A DNA stretch of 64,000 bases from Candidatus Eiseniibacteriota bacterium (GCA_963703225.1 OY969801.1:1376001-1440000); one strand, 5' to 3'. Positions 41,660-54,115 are shown, counted from the first letter of the stretch. Made by a program: numbers and translations. The notes: generated from the letters alone by a model not told the origin.

Positions 41660-43973
41660 GTGATGAAGGCGGAGCTTGGAGCCCAGTTCCGTATCGCCGG
41701 CCTCGTTCGAAGCCCCGACCGGGAGGGTGCTCTTGCGCACTTCGACCCGGAGCGGGGCTTCGCGCTGACCGCCCGCGGCTCGATGGGTCTGACCGACCTC
41801 ATCGACCCGACGATCTGGGTGAGGGAGAAGATCGCGCTCGCTCTGAGCGCACCGGGCGACCCAGAGGATTCGCCCCTGCGCCGCGTCATCGGCGCGCTTC
41901 GGGCTCTCCACGGCGAGTTGATGGCGAGGCCGGAGAAGGACCGCGCGTGGGTCTCGGTCTTGGTGCTCATCCTCCGCGGGGAAGATGCGGTCGCCGTGAG
42001 TGCGGGAGACTGTCCCTGTTTTCGCTTCCGAAGCGGGCTTCTCTCGAGGCTCGGGCGTGTGGAGGGAGACGTCGGCCCGCACACGCCCCGCGGCGCGCTC
42101 GGTTCCGAGCCCCAGGTCCGGATCGAGATCATGCCGCTGAGACCTCCTCCCGGTGACCTCTACGTGCTCTCCACGCGCCCGCTCCGCGATGGGGAGTTGG
42201 CCGTCCTCGCGCGCGATTTGAGCGTGGCCAAGGACGGCGTCCAACTCCTGCGCGCGGGCGTCGAGGGCGCTTCGGATCGGGGCCGGGTTGCGATCCGCGT
42301 GTTGGAGCCCAGCGATTCGGATGAGCTCGCCTCGCTCGCCGAGTCGCTTCGGCCGACGGCGTCGGCCCAGGCGGCGGTTCCGATTGAAGAGAGCGCCGCG
42401 GAAGTGGAGTGGGTTCCCAGGTCGAGAGAGAACGCCGCCACGCTGCTGATCGAGTCGCTCGGGCCGAGGGAGGAATGATTCGCTGTGGCCGAGGGAGAAT
42501 GATTCGGTCCAGATCTTGGACGAGGACCTTCTCGTCGACGAGCCTCCGCCCTCTTCCGCCGAGGAGGAGGAGACGTTTGGCGAGACCGGCGGGTTCTACG
42601 ACGCCGACCTCCCCGCGGCCAGCCCCGAGTCGCATCCGCTCGATTCGGGGCCAGCCTTTCGGCCTTCGACGCCGGTCGCCGTGCCGGCGTCCCGCTCCGT
42701 TCCGGCCCGAATGGCCCCGCCGCCGGTCGAGGAAGAGGCCGTCGATCGGCAACCCGCGTTGGATGCGTGGACCGAGGAGACGGATCTCGGCTCCGAATCG
42801 CCAAGCGACCAACCGATCGCATCGCGACCCCGCCGACTGGCCAGCGTCGGGGACGAAAGGCCCTGGTACGAACCGCTCGCACTTTGGGGAGGCGGCGCGC
42901 TCGCGATGGTCGCGCTCGCGCTGCTCGTAAGATCGCTCGCGCCCGGAATCCTGGGATCGGCCAAGAGTCGCGTTCCCACCCCGCACGCCGTCGCCGGGTC
43001 CGCGGGCCTCGCGGACATCTTCTCGGAGCCTCCCGGAGCGACGGTTCGCGTCGACGGCGTCGCGCTCGAGGGAAAGACACCGCTCGTGGGCGTCTCGCTC
43101 GACGCGGGGCTCCACCGCATGGAGCTCGATTGGGGGCCGTGGGGGGTTTGGCGCGATACCCTCGAGGTCGCGGCGGGCACCCGCATGACCGTCCACCCGG
43201 CGCTCTATGGAAAGGCCGCCTTCCGCTCGTCGGACCCGACGCGGGCGCTCGACGTCTACCTGGACGGGGTCTATGCAGGCACGACCCCGTTGTCGCTGGA
43301 TCAGGTCGTCGTCGGTCGCCATCTGGTGCGGTTCGGCGGACCGGGCCTCACGATGAGCGCGCAGGAGATCGAGGTTCTGCGCGATAGGCCGGTCGATCTG
43401 GTCGGCAATGCGGGGCCGATCCCCGGGAACGGCAAGTTGACCGTCCGGACCGCGGTGCTGGGGGACATGGGATTCGAGTCAGGCAAGGGCGATCCCTACT
43501 GGGTGGATGGCGTGGCGCGCGGGGTCACCCCGGCCACGTTCGAGCTCAGGCCGGGGACCCACAGCGTGCGCGTGGCACGACGCGGCTTCCCTCCGCAGAT
43601 CACGGTCCTCGACATCAAGTCGGGGACGGAACAATTCGTGACGGCGGAATTCGGGGCGCAATCCGAAGAGCCGCTCCGACTCGATCCGCCCGAGGCGGTC
43701 TATCTCTCCAATCCGATTCCGCTCACGATCGCGCTGCCGCTGTCGGAATGGGATCCGTCCATGTCCCTTTGGCTCTACGCGGCATCGCCCTCCGGATCGT
43801 TCCAGGCAAAGCGAATGACCCGGCTCGAGGAGGGAACGCGGACCTTCGCGGCCCTCTTGCCTCCCGAAGTTCTCCGCGGCAGCGCGCGGCAAGTCCGCTT
43901 CTACTTCAAGGCGACCGGCACCGGCGGGCGCGAGATCTTCTCCGAGATCTACACGGTTCCCGTCCGAGACTAA
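41660..43973 (+). CDS. Membrane protein: degenerate PP2C-like domain, acidic linker, TM, three PEGA domains (probable frameshift near 42470-42510)
   Basis: 'VSAGDCPCFRFRSG...GALGSEP...GDLYVLST'; PEGA 'SEPPGATVRVDG..GKTP', 'DGVYAGTTP', 'DGVARGVTP'. Could be two genes. Confidence 0.7.
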
Positions 43974-44027
43974 CGCGGCGTCCCCCGCCGCCTCGATCAC
44001 TCCACATCCCCGGCCGAAAGACGCCCC

Positions 44028-46553
44028 GTGCGTCCAGCCTGGCCCCGGATCATCATCCCGGTTCCCGTCGCGATCTGGATCGCGCTCGGGGCGGGCCATG
44101 TGGCGAGCGCCGCCGCGCCCGTTCCCGCTCTTCTAGAGCGAGGAGCCCGGTCCTTTGCGTTGGGGCTCGGCGCTCTGTCCCTGTCGTTGTTCGCGCTCGC
44201 GCGGCGGTCCCCGGGATCCGAGGTGGGGCGCACCGGCTGGCGGCGAACCGCGGACCGGGCCGAGCCGCTCGCGGGGATCCTCGCCCTCGCCGCGGCCGGG
44301 ATCGCGTTGGGCGCGGAGGCCGATCGCGCCGCGCGTCCGCTCCCGGTCCATCCGGAAGAAGTCGCCGTGATCGTGGAAGGGAAGGTCCTCGATACGACGG
44401 CGATCGACGCGGATCCAGGCGCCGTGCTCCTGGAAGCCCGGCGTCTGCGGGTGGGAGAGATGGAATCGTCCTGCCGCGCCAACCTTCTCCTCCGTTGGCG
44501 CGATGACGCGATTCCGCCGCGGTGGATTCTCCCCGGGCTGTGGCTCCGCCTTGGAGGTCGGTTCCGCCCTCCCGAAGACGCGAGGAACCCGGGCGGGAGC
44601 GCGCCGGGACGCTGGCTGGAGCGGATCGGCGTGGATGGAGTGGTCGCGGTCGACCCGCTCTCGGTGACCGCGCCGCCCGATCCGCCGGAAAGGGGAGCCT
44701 CGTTTGGGGCTGCACCTCGAGATCGAATCGCTCGGAGCCTCGCCGCATCGCTGAGCGCGCCGGTGGCGGCGCTGGCGAGGGGAATGCTGCTCGGAGATCG
44801 CTCGGGGATCGATCCCGTCGTCCAACGCTCCTTCCGGGCCGGCGGAACGATCCACATACTCTCGATCTCGGGGCTCCACGTCTGCATCGTCGCCGGATTC
44901 CTCTCGCTCCTGGCGTCCGCGCTGCGCCTCCCGCTCGCCCCGGCGATCGCGCTGGAGCTGGCGGCGCTCTGGGGCTACGTCTCCCTCGTCGGCGCGCCCG
45001 CCTCCGCGGTGCGGTCCGCAATCTTGTGGACCTCGCTGCGAAGCGGTCGAGCGCTCGGCCAGGTGGTGCGCCCCTTCACCGCCTGGGGACTCGCGGGACT
45101 GACTCTCCACCTGCTCGATCCCTCGTCGGTATCGGATCCCGGGTTTCAACTCTCCTTCCTGGCCGTTTTGGGCCTGGGCGCTTCGGGGCCGCTTTCGAAT
45201 CTGGCGGGTCGGCGACCGGGCTCCACGGGGGTCTGGCGACCGCGGATTCGGAAATGGGGAACCGTGGTCTGGTCGCTCTTCGTCCAAAGCGCCGCCGCCA
45301 CGGCGGGGACCACCGGACTCCAATCGCGCCTCTTCGGCGCCATCCCCGTGGTCGGGCTGCTGCTCAACCTCGCGGTCATTCCCCTCTGCACGCTCTTCAT
45401 GGCGGAGGCGATCCTCTTTCTGGCGATCGCCTCGTTCGGAATTCCATCTCTGGCCGGCGCGGCGTCGGGCGCGGTGGACGCATCGGGCCTTCTGCTCCTC
45501 GGGCTGAACGCCCGTGGAGCGGAGCTGCTGCCACCCTGGATCATTCGTCAGCTCGCGGCTCCCGCCGCGCTCATCGGGATCGCGGTCGCGCTCCTTGCAG
45601 CGTGGGGACGCGCCGAGGCGGCCCGGTGTGGGCAGGCTACGCGCCCCTCCGCCGCGCGATGGTCCATCGCGACGCTTCTCCTGGCCGCGGCCGTACCGCT
45701 GGCGGGATCACCGCCTTCTTCGGCGGGAGCGGTCATCCTCTCGCTCGACGTCGGGCAAGGGGACGCCACGTGGATCGGGCTGCCTGGAGGAGGGTCAATC
45801 TTGACGGATGCGGGTCCGGCGGACGATCGACACGACGCGGGGGAGCGCGAGATCGAGCCGGCGCTTCGCGCCGAGGGGCGAGGGCGAATCCCCCTCGCGA
45901 TCCTCTCCCACGCGCACGTCGATCACTACGGCGGATTCGCCTGGCTCGCGCGGCGCGGCTGGATCGCCCAGATCGTCGAGAACGGGAGCGATCCATCCGG
46001 CGCGTGGCGCCGTGCGATCCGGGGTCCACTCGCGCGCGAGGGGGGAAGGATGTTGGCGGTGGCGCGGGACACGTCATGGGTAGCTCCCCTCGGCGCGGCT
46101 CTCACGATCCTTCGAGGGCTGGAGCGGGGGGCCGAGAACGATCGATCGATATCGGGACTGATCCACGCGGGCGGTGCGTCCCTCCTCTTCTCGGGCGATC
46201 TCGAGACGGCGGGCGAAGGCGCTGTCCTCCCTCGATTGACACCGATCGACGTGCTCAAGGCGCCGCACCACGGGAGCAAAACGTCGAGCGGCTCGGAGTG
46301 GGTGGATCGGCTCCGGCCCAGGGTTGTGCTGATCTCGTGTGGGGAGGGGAACCGGTTCGGGCACCCCGACTCTGGTGTCCTGGATCGATACCGCCGCGCG
46401 GGCGCGACCGTCTGGCGCACGGACCAGGAGGGCGCGATCCGGGTGACCCTCGGCCCGCGAGGAGCGTGGATCTCCACACGGCGCCATCCCGCGCCCGTCC
46501 TTGTCACCTGGGACCGGGACGGCACGGTAACTCCTTCGACCCATATCCCTTGA
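44028..46553 (+). CDS. comEC: DNA internalization competence protein ComEC/Rec2
   Basis: 'HILSISGLH', 'GFQLSF', 'LDVGQGDA', 'SHAHVDHYGG', 'PHHGSKTSS', 'NRFGHP'. Confidence 0.93.
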   Translation: MRPAWPRIIIPVPVAIWIALGAGHVASAAAPVPALLERGARSFALGLGALSLSLFALARRSPGSEVGRTGWRRTADRAEPLAGILALAAAGIALGAEADRAARPLPVHPEEVAVIVEGKVLDTTAIDADPGAVLLEARRLRVGEMESSCRANLLLRWRDDAIPPRWILPGLWLRLGGRFRPPEDARNPGGSAPGRWLERIGVDGVVAVDPLSVTAPPDPPERGASFGAAPRDRIARSLAASLSAPVAALARGMLLGDRSGIDPVVQRSFRAGGTIHILSISGLHVCIVAGFLSLLASALRLPLAPAIALELAALWGYVSLVGAPASAVRSAILWTSLRSGRALGQVVRPFTAWGLAGLTLHLLDPSSVSDPGFQLSFLAVLGLGASGPLSNLAGRRPGSTGVWRPRIRKWGTVVWSLFVQSAAATAGTTGLQSRLFGAIPVVGLLLNLAVIPLCTLFMAEAILFLAIASFGIPSLAGAASGAVDASGLLLLGLNARGAELLPPWIIRQLAAPAALIGIAVALLAAWGRAEAARCGQATRPSAARWSIATLLLAAAVPLAGSPPSSAGAVILSLDVGQGDATWIGLPGGGSILTDAGPADDRHDAGEREIEPALRAEGRGRIPLAILSHAHVDHYGGFAWLARRGWIAQIVENGSDPSGAWRRAIRGPLAREGGRMLAVARDTSWVAPLGAALTILRGLERGAENDRSISGLIHAGGASLLFSGDLETAGEGAVLPRLTPIDVLKAPHHGSKTSSGSEWVDRLRPRVVLISCGEGNRFGHPDSGVLDRYRRAGATVWRTDQEGAIRVTLGPRGAWISTRRHPAPVLVTWDRDGTVTPSTHIP

Positions 46554-46584
46554 GCGGACGGCCGCGGGATGATATAGATTGTGG

Positions 46585-47169
46585 ATGAAGCCCATGCGGC
46601 TGCTCCTCCTCGCCTCCGGCCGGGGGAGCCACGTCGCCAATCTGATTGACGCGACGCGGGATGGGCGGCTTTCGGGATCGGTCGTGCGGGTCGTCGCGGA
46701 CGCGCCGGACGCGCCGGCGCTGGATCGGGCGCGGGAGCGAGGCGTCCCCACCGAGGTTCTCGAGCCGGCTCAAGCAGGCGCGCGGCTCGCGCCCCAGGCG
46801 GAAGAGCGGCTGCTCGAGATCATTCGGGAAGACCGGCCGGATCTCATCGCGCTGTGCGGGTTCATGCGCCTCCTCAGGGCTTCGGCCCTCGGGCGAATCG
46901 ACGTGCCGATCCTCAATGTCCACCCTTCGCTTCTTCCCCAATTCCGCGGGCTGAACGCGCAGCGGCAGGCGATCGAGGCCGGGGTGGCCGAGACCGGCGC
47001 GACGGTCCACCGAGTCGACCCCGGCATGGACACGGGGCCCGTCGTGCTGCAAGAGTCGCTCAAGATCCGCCCGGGCGAATCCGCGGAGGAGTTGGCGGAG
47101 CGCCTCTTGCCTCTGGAGTACCGGCTCTACGTGGAAGCGATTCGAAGAGTTCAACAGGAGAGGACATGA
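46585..47169 (+). CDS. purN: Phosphoribosylglycinamide formyltransferase
   Basis: 'LASGRGS', 'LNVHPSLLPQFRG', 'GATVHRV..GMDTGP'. Confidence 0.95.
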   Translation: MKPMRLLLLASGRGSHVANLIDATRDGRLSGSVVRVVADAPDAPALDRARERGVPTEVLEPAQAGARLAPQAEERLLEIIREDRPDLIALCGFMRLLRASALGRIDVPILNVHPSLLPQFRGLNAQRQAIEAGVAETGATVHRVDPGMDTGPVVLQESLKIRPGESAEELAERLLPLEYRLYVEAIRRVQQERT

Positions 47170-48068
47170 AGACAGCCGAGCGAGCGCTGCGCGACGTGGT
47201 CGTGCCGGGACGGACGCCCGACTACAAGGGAAAGGTGCGAGACCTCTACATCCTGGGAGACCTGCTTCTGATCGTCGCGACCGACCGCGTCTCCGCGTAC
47301 GACGTGATCCTGGGCGAGGGAGTCCCGGGCAAGGGTCGCGTGCTCACCCAGATCTCGCGCTTCTGGTTCGAGCGACTCCGCGACATCGCGCCGAGCCACT
47401 ACATCACCACCGACGTGGCGAGGTTTCCGCAGCCGTTCGCGTCCCATCGCGCGCTCCTCGACGGACGCTCCATGCTCGCCCACCGCGCCAAGCGCTACGA
47501 CGTCGAGTGCGTCGTGCGCGGGTACCTGGCCGGCTCAGGGTGGAAGGAATATCAGGCTTCCGGCACCGTTTGCGGTGTGGCGCTCCCGAAGGGACTCAAG
47601 CTCTCGTCCAAGCTCCCGGAGCCGATCTTCACGCCGGCGACCAAGGCGTCCGAGGGGCATGACGAGAACATCGACTTCGGTCGGATGAGCGGGATCGTGG
47701 GGCGAGAGGTGGCCGAGCAGCTTCGGGCGCAGAGCCTCGCGATCTACAGGGCTGCCGCCGCGCACGCCGAGTCGCGCGGGCTCATCCTGGCCGACACCAA
47801 GTTCGAGTTCGGCGAGCGGGACGGCGGGATCGTCTGGATCGACGAGGCGCTCTCGCCCGATTCGTCTCGCTACTGGGCCATCGACACCTACAAGGAGGGC
47901 GTGGCCCAGGACAGCTTCGACAAGCAGGTGATTCGCGATTACCTCGACTCCATTGGCTGGGACCGGAACCCGCCGCCTCCGCGCCTACCGGAGGATGTGG
48001 TGGACAAGACGGCCCGCCGCTACGAAGAGGCCCTCTCGCGAATCACGGGGGCCGGCGCGGCGAAGTGA
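47166..48068 (+). CDS. purC: SAICAR synthetase
   Basis: 'KGKVRDLY', 'ECVVRGYLAGSGW', 'ADTKFEFG', 'SFDKQ'. Confidence 0.96.
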   Translation: MKTAERALRDVVVPGRTPDYKGKVRDLYILGDLLLIVATDRVSAYDVILGEGVPGKGRVLTQISRFWFERLRDIAPSHYITTDVARFPQPFASHRALLDGRSMLAHRAKRYDVECVVRGYLAGSGWKEYQASGTVCGVALPKGLKLSSKLPEPIFTPATKASEGHDENIDFGRMSGIVGREVAEQLRAQSLAIYRAAAAHAESRGLILADTKFEFGERDGGIVWIDEALSPDSSRYWAIDTYKEGVAQDSFDKQVIRDYLDSIGWDRNPPPPRLPEDVVDKTARRYEEALSRITGAGAAK

Positions 48069-49696
48069 CCCCCATCCCGATCGGTCGGGCGCTCCTTTCG
48101 GTATCGGACAAGACCGGCCTGGTCGAGTTTGGAAACGGCCTGGCGCGGCACGGCGTCAAGATTCTCTCGACCGGAGGGACCGCGGTCGCGCTCCGCGAGG
48201 CGGGCATCTCGGTCCGGGACGTGGCCGAGGTGACCGGCTACCCCGAGCTGTTCGGCGGCAGGATCAAGACCCTGCACCCCGCCGTTCACGGCGGGATCCT
48301 CTTTCGCCGCGGCGACCATCACGATGAGGACGAGCGCCACAAGCACGGCATCGTCTCCATCGATCTGGTCGCGGTGAATCTCTACCCGTTCGAGCGGACC
48401 GTGGCCGATCCGGCCGTGGCGCTGGGCAATGCGCTCGAGCAAATCGATATCGGCGGTCCCGCGCTGATCCGGGCCGCGGCCAAGAACCACCCTCACGTTG
48501 TCGTGGTCGTCGATCCCGATCAGTACGACGAAATCTTGATCGCACTCGATCGCTTCGGTGGCGTGCCCGCGGAAACGGCGCGGACCTTCGCCCGACGGGC
48601 GTTCGAGCGGACATCGGCCTACGACGCCGGGATCGCGCGATTTCTCACCGCGCGGGAGGGACCCGAGCAGCCGTCGACGAGCGCGCCCACCGGCGTGCCG
48701 GGCGCCATCGCCGCCGCGAGCGGAAGCGGCCCGGAGGCGACGGGGGCGCTCCCGCTCTCGATCGAGATCGGCTATCGACTGAGGCGCCGGCTCCGCTACG
48801 GCGAGAACCCGGGGCAAGAAGGGGCGCTCTACGCGCCGGCCACCGGCGGCGAATTGGAAGCCCTGACCCAGCGGCACGGAAGGGAGCTTTCGTACAACAA
48901 CCTCCTCGACGTGGAGGCGGCGCTGGCGCTCCTCCACGAGTTCTCGGAGCCGGCGGCGGTGGTGGTCAAGCACCGAAGCCCCTCCGGAGCGGCGGTCTCC
49001 CGGACGGTGACCGAAGCGCTCGCCCTCGCGCGGGACGGAGATCCTCTCTCGGCTTTTGGGGGGATCCTCGGTCTCAATCGGCCCCTCGACGAGGCGGCGC
49101 TCGACGCGGTCGGCGGATTCTTCTTCGAGGTGATCGTCGCTCCCTCCGTGACCGCCAAACCGGAGAAGCTGGACGCGCTTCGAAAGAACCTGGTGATTCT
49201 GGAAATGCCCGATCTCGCGAGGGGGGCGGCCGGTGCGTGGAGTGGCCGGTCCCTTCTCGGCGGGTTGCTCGTGGAGACGCTCCCGGGCCCTCCACGCTTC
49301 GAGGAGTGGAAAGCGGTGACCAAGGCGGAGCCGACGGCGGCCCAGCTGGCGGACCTGCGCTTTGGATGGCGCGTCGCGCGCCACACGATCTCGAACGCGA
49401 TCGTCGTCTCGCGCGGGGGGCGGACGCTGGGCATCGGAGCAGGCCAGTCCTCCCGCGTCGATTCCGTGCGGCTGGCCCTGATGAAGGCGGAGCGGTCGGG
49501 CCACGACGTGCGCGGCGCCGCGCTCTGCTCCGACGCCTTCTTTCCGTTTCCCGATTCGGTCGAGATCGCGGCCCAAGCGGGCATCAGCGCGATCGCCCAC
49601 CCCGGCGGCTCGATCCGGGACGCGGAGTCGGTCGCCGCCGCCGACCGCGCGGGGATCGCCATGGTTCAGACCGGCGAACGGTGCTTCCTCCATTGA
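48065..49696 (+). CDS. purH: Bifunctional AICAR transformylase / IMP cyclohydrolase
   Basis: '[10 protein letters not shown]', 'IDIGGP', 'LRYGENP', 'SDAFFPF'. Confidence 0.96.
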   Translation: MTPIPIGRALLSVSDKTGLVEFGNGLARHGVKILSTGGTAVALREAGISVRDVAEVTGYPELFGGRIKTLHPAVHGGILFRRGDHHDEDERHKHGIVSIDLVAVNLYPFERTVADPAVALGNALEQIDIGGPALIRAAAKNHPHVVVVVDPDQYDEILIALDRFGGVPAETARTFARRAFERTSAYDAGIARFLTAREGPEQPSTSAPTGVPGAIAAASGSGPEATGALPLSIEIGYRLRRRLRYGENPGQEGALYAPATGGELEALTQRHGRELSYNNLLDVEAALALLHEFSEPAAVVVKHRSPSGAAVSRTVTEALALARDGDPLSAFGGILGLNRPLDEAALDAVGGFFFEVIVAPSVTAKPEKLDALRKNLVILEMPDLARGAAGAWSGRSLLGGLLVETLPGPPRFEEWKAVTKAEPTAAQLADLRFGWRVARHTISNAIVVSRGGRTLGIGAGQSSRVDSVRLALMKAERSGHDVRGAALCSDAFFPFPDSVEIAAQAGISAIAHPGGSIRDAESVAAADRAGIAMVQTGERCFLH

Positions 49697-51233
49697 GCCA
49701 CGAGCGACTTCTCATCCTCGACTTTGGGTCTCAGTTCACCCAGCTGATCGCCCGGCGCGCGAGGGAGATGGGGATCTACTCGGAGATCCACGCCCCGGCC
49801 GTCGACGCCGGGGAGCTGAATCGGCTCGATCCGAAGGCGATTGTGCTCTCGGGCGGGCCGGCGAGCGTCTTGGAACCGGGCGCTCCCCAGATCGCGCGCG
49901 GCCGTGCTCGAGAGGCGCGCGCCGATCCTCGGGGTCTGCTACGGAATGCAGCTCCTCGCGCACGATCTCGGCGGCAAGGTTCTGCCGAGCCATCGGCGGG
50001 AGTACGGCGAGGCGACCCTCAGGGTAACCCGCGAGGGAACGCTCCTCGCCGGGCTCCCCAAGGAGAGCCGCGTCTGGGCGAGCCACGGCGATTTCGTCGA
50101 ATCGCTTCCTCCAGGGTTCTCCCTCCTCGGCACGAGCGGCGACGGCCTCCTGGCCGCGGCCGAGGATCCGGCCCGGAAGATCTACGCCGTGCAATTCCAC
50201 CCCGAGGTGGCGCACACGGAGCAGGGCACGCGCATCCTGCGCAATTTCCTCTTCAACATCTCGGGATTCTCGGGTGATTGGACCGCGGGGAGGATCCTCG
50301 AGGAGCAGACCGCGAAGATCCGAGCCCAGGTCGGGCCGCCGCCGGGTGATCTGCGGATTGAGCGGCGGCGTCGACTCCTCCGTCGTCGCGGCGCTTCTTC
50401 ACCGCGCGGTTCCGGGTCAGATGCACGCCGTCTTCGTGGATCACGGGCTATTGCGCCGGAACGAGGCGGCCCAGGTCCGGGAGTCGATGCGCGCGGTGAT
50501 CGGGGACTCGCTGATCTCGATCGACGCCCAGGAGCGGTTCCTCGGGGAGCTTCGGGGCGTGGAGGATCCTGAGGCGAAGCGGAAGATCATCGGCCGGGTC
50601 TTCATCGAGGTGTTCGAGGAAGCGGCGAAGGACCTGGGCGGGGCCGACCTACTCGCCCAGGGGACCCTCTACCCGGACGTCATCGAAAGCACGTCGACCC
50701 GGGGGCCGTCCGCCAAGATCAAGTCCCACCACAACGTGGGCGGGCTTCCCGAGCGAATGAAGATGGAACTGGTGGAGCCCCTTCGGGAGTTATTCAAGGA
50801 TGAGGTTCGGAGCCTCGGCGCCCTCCTGGGACTGCCCCCGGAGGTCCTGGGGAGGCACCCCTTCCCGGGGCCTGGAATGGCGGTCCGGATCCTGGGCCCT
50901 GTGACCAAGGAAGCGGTGGAGACCCTGGGCCTTGCGGACGATATCTTCCTGACCGAGCTTCGTCAGGCGGGGCTGTACGATCAGGTCTGGCAGGCCTTCG
51001 CGGTGCTCCTCCCGGTCCGGACGGTGGGGGTGATGGGGGACGGGCGGACCTACGATCAGGTGGTGGCGCTCCGGGCGGTGACGTCGAGCGACGGGATGAC
51101 CGCCGACTGGGCGCGGCTGCCGAGCCAGTTCTTGGCGCGGGTCTCCTCGCGGATCGTCAATGAGGTGAAGGGGGTCAACCGCGTGGTGTACGACATCAGC
51201 ACCAAACCGCCGGCCACGATCGAGTGGGAATGA
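49693..51233 (+). CDS. guaA: GMP synthase (glutamine-hydrolysing), frameshifted
   Basis: '[15 protein letters not shown]', 'GVCYGMQ', 'QFHPEV', 'LSGGVDS', 'KPPATIEWE'. Confidence 0.96.
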
Positions 51234-51255
51234 GCTGCTTCGCATCCAAGCGCCT

Positions 51256-54115
51256 TTGGGGCGCGGGAGGTGTTGGTTGAGTTCTGATCGAATCCGCGGC
51301 GTTGGAGCGCTCGGCGCGCGACTCGTGCTGGTGGCCCTCGCCTGGCTTGCAACCGCGCCGCCCGACGCGCGCGCCGCGGCCCCGTCTCCCAAGCTCCTCG
51401 CGGAAATGGCGCCCGCCGCCCGCGCGCAGGCGATCCGCGCCTACACCGCGGCCAGGGATCGGCTGCGCGGAAGCTGGGTCGACAAGATCTATCCGCAGTT
51501 CGCGCTCGACATGGCCAAGTACCCGCGGCAGGGCGTGGCCCACCGGAACCTGCTCGTCGTCCTCTGCAAGTTCCCCTCGGAGGGCTCGGCGCCAGCCCAG
51601 GGGCCGGCGAGCGTGAGCACGCCGTTCTACGTCTACAGGCACTTCTTCAGCGACGATCCCAACGACGGGATCATCAGCCTGCGCGAGTACTACCGCACCA
51701 ATTCCCGCGGCCGGCTGGTGATCTCCGGCCAGGTCACGTCCAAGTGGCTGGACATGCCGCACTCGTACGACTACTACACGGATGGGACGGCTGGGCTGTT
51801 TGGAATCTATCCGAACTCGTCCCAGAAGCTGGCCGAAGACGCGATGGCCGCGGCTTTTCAAGATTTCGGCGGCGATCTGAGCTACTTCGACAACGACGGG
51901 CCGGACGGAATCCCGTCGAGCGGCGACGACGACGGCTACATCGACGCGGTGACCGTGCTCGTACCCGGCGCAGGAGGCGAGACGCAGTGCTTGGATCCAT
52001 TCGCTTGCAATCGCCTTTGGGCGCATGAATCGGGGATCGCGCTCTATTCGAATTGCCCCGGCTTGAACGGCGGCCCGGGGTGCCTTCCCGGAATCTACTT
52101 TGGGTCGGTGCGCGGCTTTCTCTATTCGCTGGGCAGCGAGTACAACGAGTTCCCGGGTGACAACGCGGTCGGGACGTGGTTCCACGAGTTCAGCCACACG
52201 CTGGGCCTCCCCGATCTCTACGACGTCGCCGGGGGCAACGGGCTCGGCTTCTTCTCGCTCATGGCTCTGGGCAACTACCTTCCGTTCGACGGGGATCCGA
52301 ACACCGCGGGAGGGCACCTCGGTTCCAACCCGGGGAATCTGGACGCCTGGTGCCGCCAGTTCCTGGGATTCGACGATCCCGTGCCGATCACCGCGGGAGG
52401 GCACTACACCCTGCCGCCTGTGACCCGGAACGGGGGATCGCGCCGCGTCTGGTCGAACGGGGAATCGGGAACCGAGTACTACATCGTCGAGAACCGGATC
52501 CGGGAGGGGTCGGACCGGTTCATCCCGGGCGAGGGGATGCTCGTCTACCACATCGACGACACGAAGGTGGACAACATCAACGGATATCCGAACTACAGGG
52601 CCGCGATCGTCCAGGCGGACAGCGTGAATCCGCTCCAGCTCGAGTTCGGGACGAGCCGCGGCGACCCGCGCGACTTCTTTCCCGGCGCCCTGCTCAAGCG
52701 GAGCCTGACCGACGCGACCCAGCCCGACAGCCGCTCCTGGGCCGGGCTCGACACCGGGATCCGGATCTGGAACATCGCCGGGAAAGCGGACGGCGCCGAC
52801 ACCGCCTCGTTCGATCTTCGGATTTCCGTGCAGCCTGAGCTGCGGCTGTCGGGCTACACGATCGATGACGGCGGGCGGCGACGGCTACGCCGACCCCAAT
52901 GAGACGGATCGGCTGACGATGTCGGTGCTGAATATCGGGCTACAGTCGGCGCTGGTCCACCTCACCTTGAGCACGAGCGATCCAGCGGTCACGATCAACC
53001 AGGCGCTTGTGAGCGGCGGGACTATCGCAACGGGCGGGACGCTCACGCTTCCTCTTCCGTTCATCTTCGACATCGGGGCGATCGCGACGCTCCCGCACGA
53101 CATTCCCTTCACGGTCAACTGGACCGAGGATTCGGGCGGCTCCGGATCGTTCGACTTCACGGTGACCGCGGGGATGGCCTCCGGGCTCTTTGAGGACTTT
53201 GAATCGGGCGCGGAGCCCGGGCTCTTCTGGAGCACGGTGTCGCTGCCCGGCAGCGCCGCCAACGAATGGCACGCCTCGAGCGTTCGCGCTCGGGGCACGG
53301 AGAGCGCCAAGCTGGGCTCGACGCTCCCGCTCGGCGGCGGCACCAACGAATCCCAGACCTACGCGTCGTTCGAGGATGCCGCGCTCGTTTCGCCGGCCTT
53401 CGATTTGCCGCCCGGCTCGGAGCTGGTCTTCTATTCCTACATCGACGCGGAGCTTCAGAGCGGGGCCTATAGCTTCGACGGCGGCCGGGTCGAGATCTCG
53501 ATCGCCGGGGGGGAGTGGACCCCGCTGGCCGTCGACGGCGGATACGGGACCCAGATGAAGTTCGACTCCGCGGCGAACCTCCGCGGGGCCGACGTCTTCT
53601 CCGGCTCGCCGCAGTCGTGGCGCCACGTGACGTGCGATCTCTCCGCCTACTCCGGGGCCGCCCGGATCCGGTTCCGGTTCGCGAGCGATGACGGGAACGC
53701 CCCGTTCGATGGAGTCGGACGCCAGGTTCGCTACTTCGAGGGTTGGTACGTGGACGACGTGACCATTCAGGCGCGGACGGCCACGGGCCCGACGCCGCGC
53801 CCGCTCTCGTTTCGGGCGGGGCCGACCCCCTACCGCGTCGGCGGTCCTTCTTCGGGATCGATCGTCTTTCGCTTCAGCGCTCCCGATGGCCTTCCGCATC
53901 CCGAGCTGACGCCCGACGTGCGCATCTTCGACGTCTCGGGGCGATTGATCCGGTCGCTCAAGGCATCCCCCGGCAACGCGCTCACGCCGGGAGAGTTCCG
54001 CGCGACCTGGGACGCCCGTAACAATCAGAACCAGACGTGCCGATCGGGAATCTACTTCGCGCAGGTCGACATCCAGGGCCACACCCAAAGCCTCCGCTTG
54101 GTCCTCGTCCACTAG
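51256..54115 (+). CDS. Secreted M6 (immune inhibitor A) family metalloprotease with C-terminal FlgD-Ig/T9SS-CTD-like domain (frameshift near 52870)
   Basis: 'HEFSHTLGLPDLYD', 'SLMALG', 'EYYIVENR', 'GWYVDDV'; C-terminus 'IFDVSGRLIRSL...WDARN...SGIYF...LVLVH'. Start uncertain. Confidence 0.88.

Noticed and set aside
46554..48064. Purine or ZTP riboswitch for the pur/gua genes
   Set aside because: The genes overlap or are about 30 nt apart, leaving no room and no motif.
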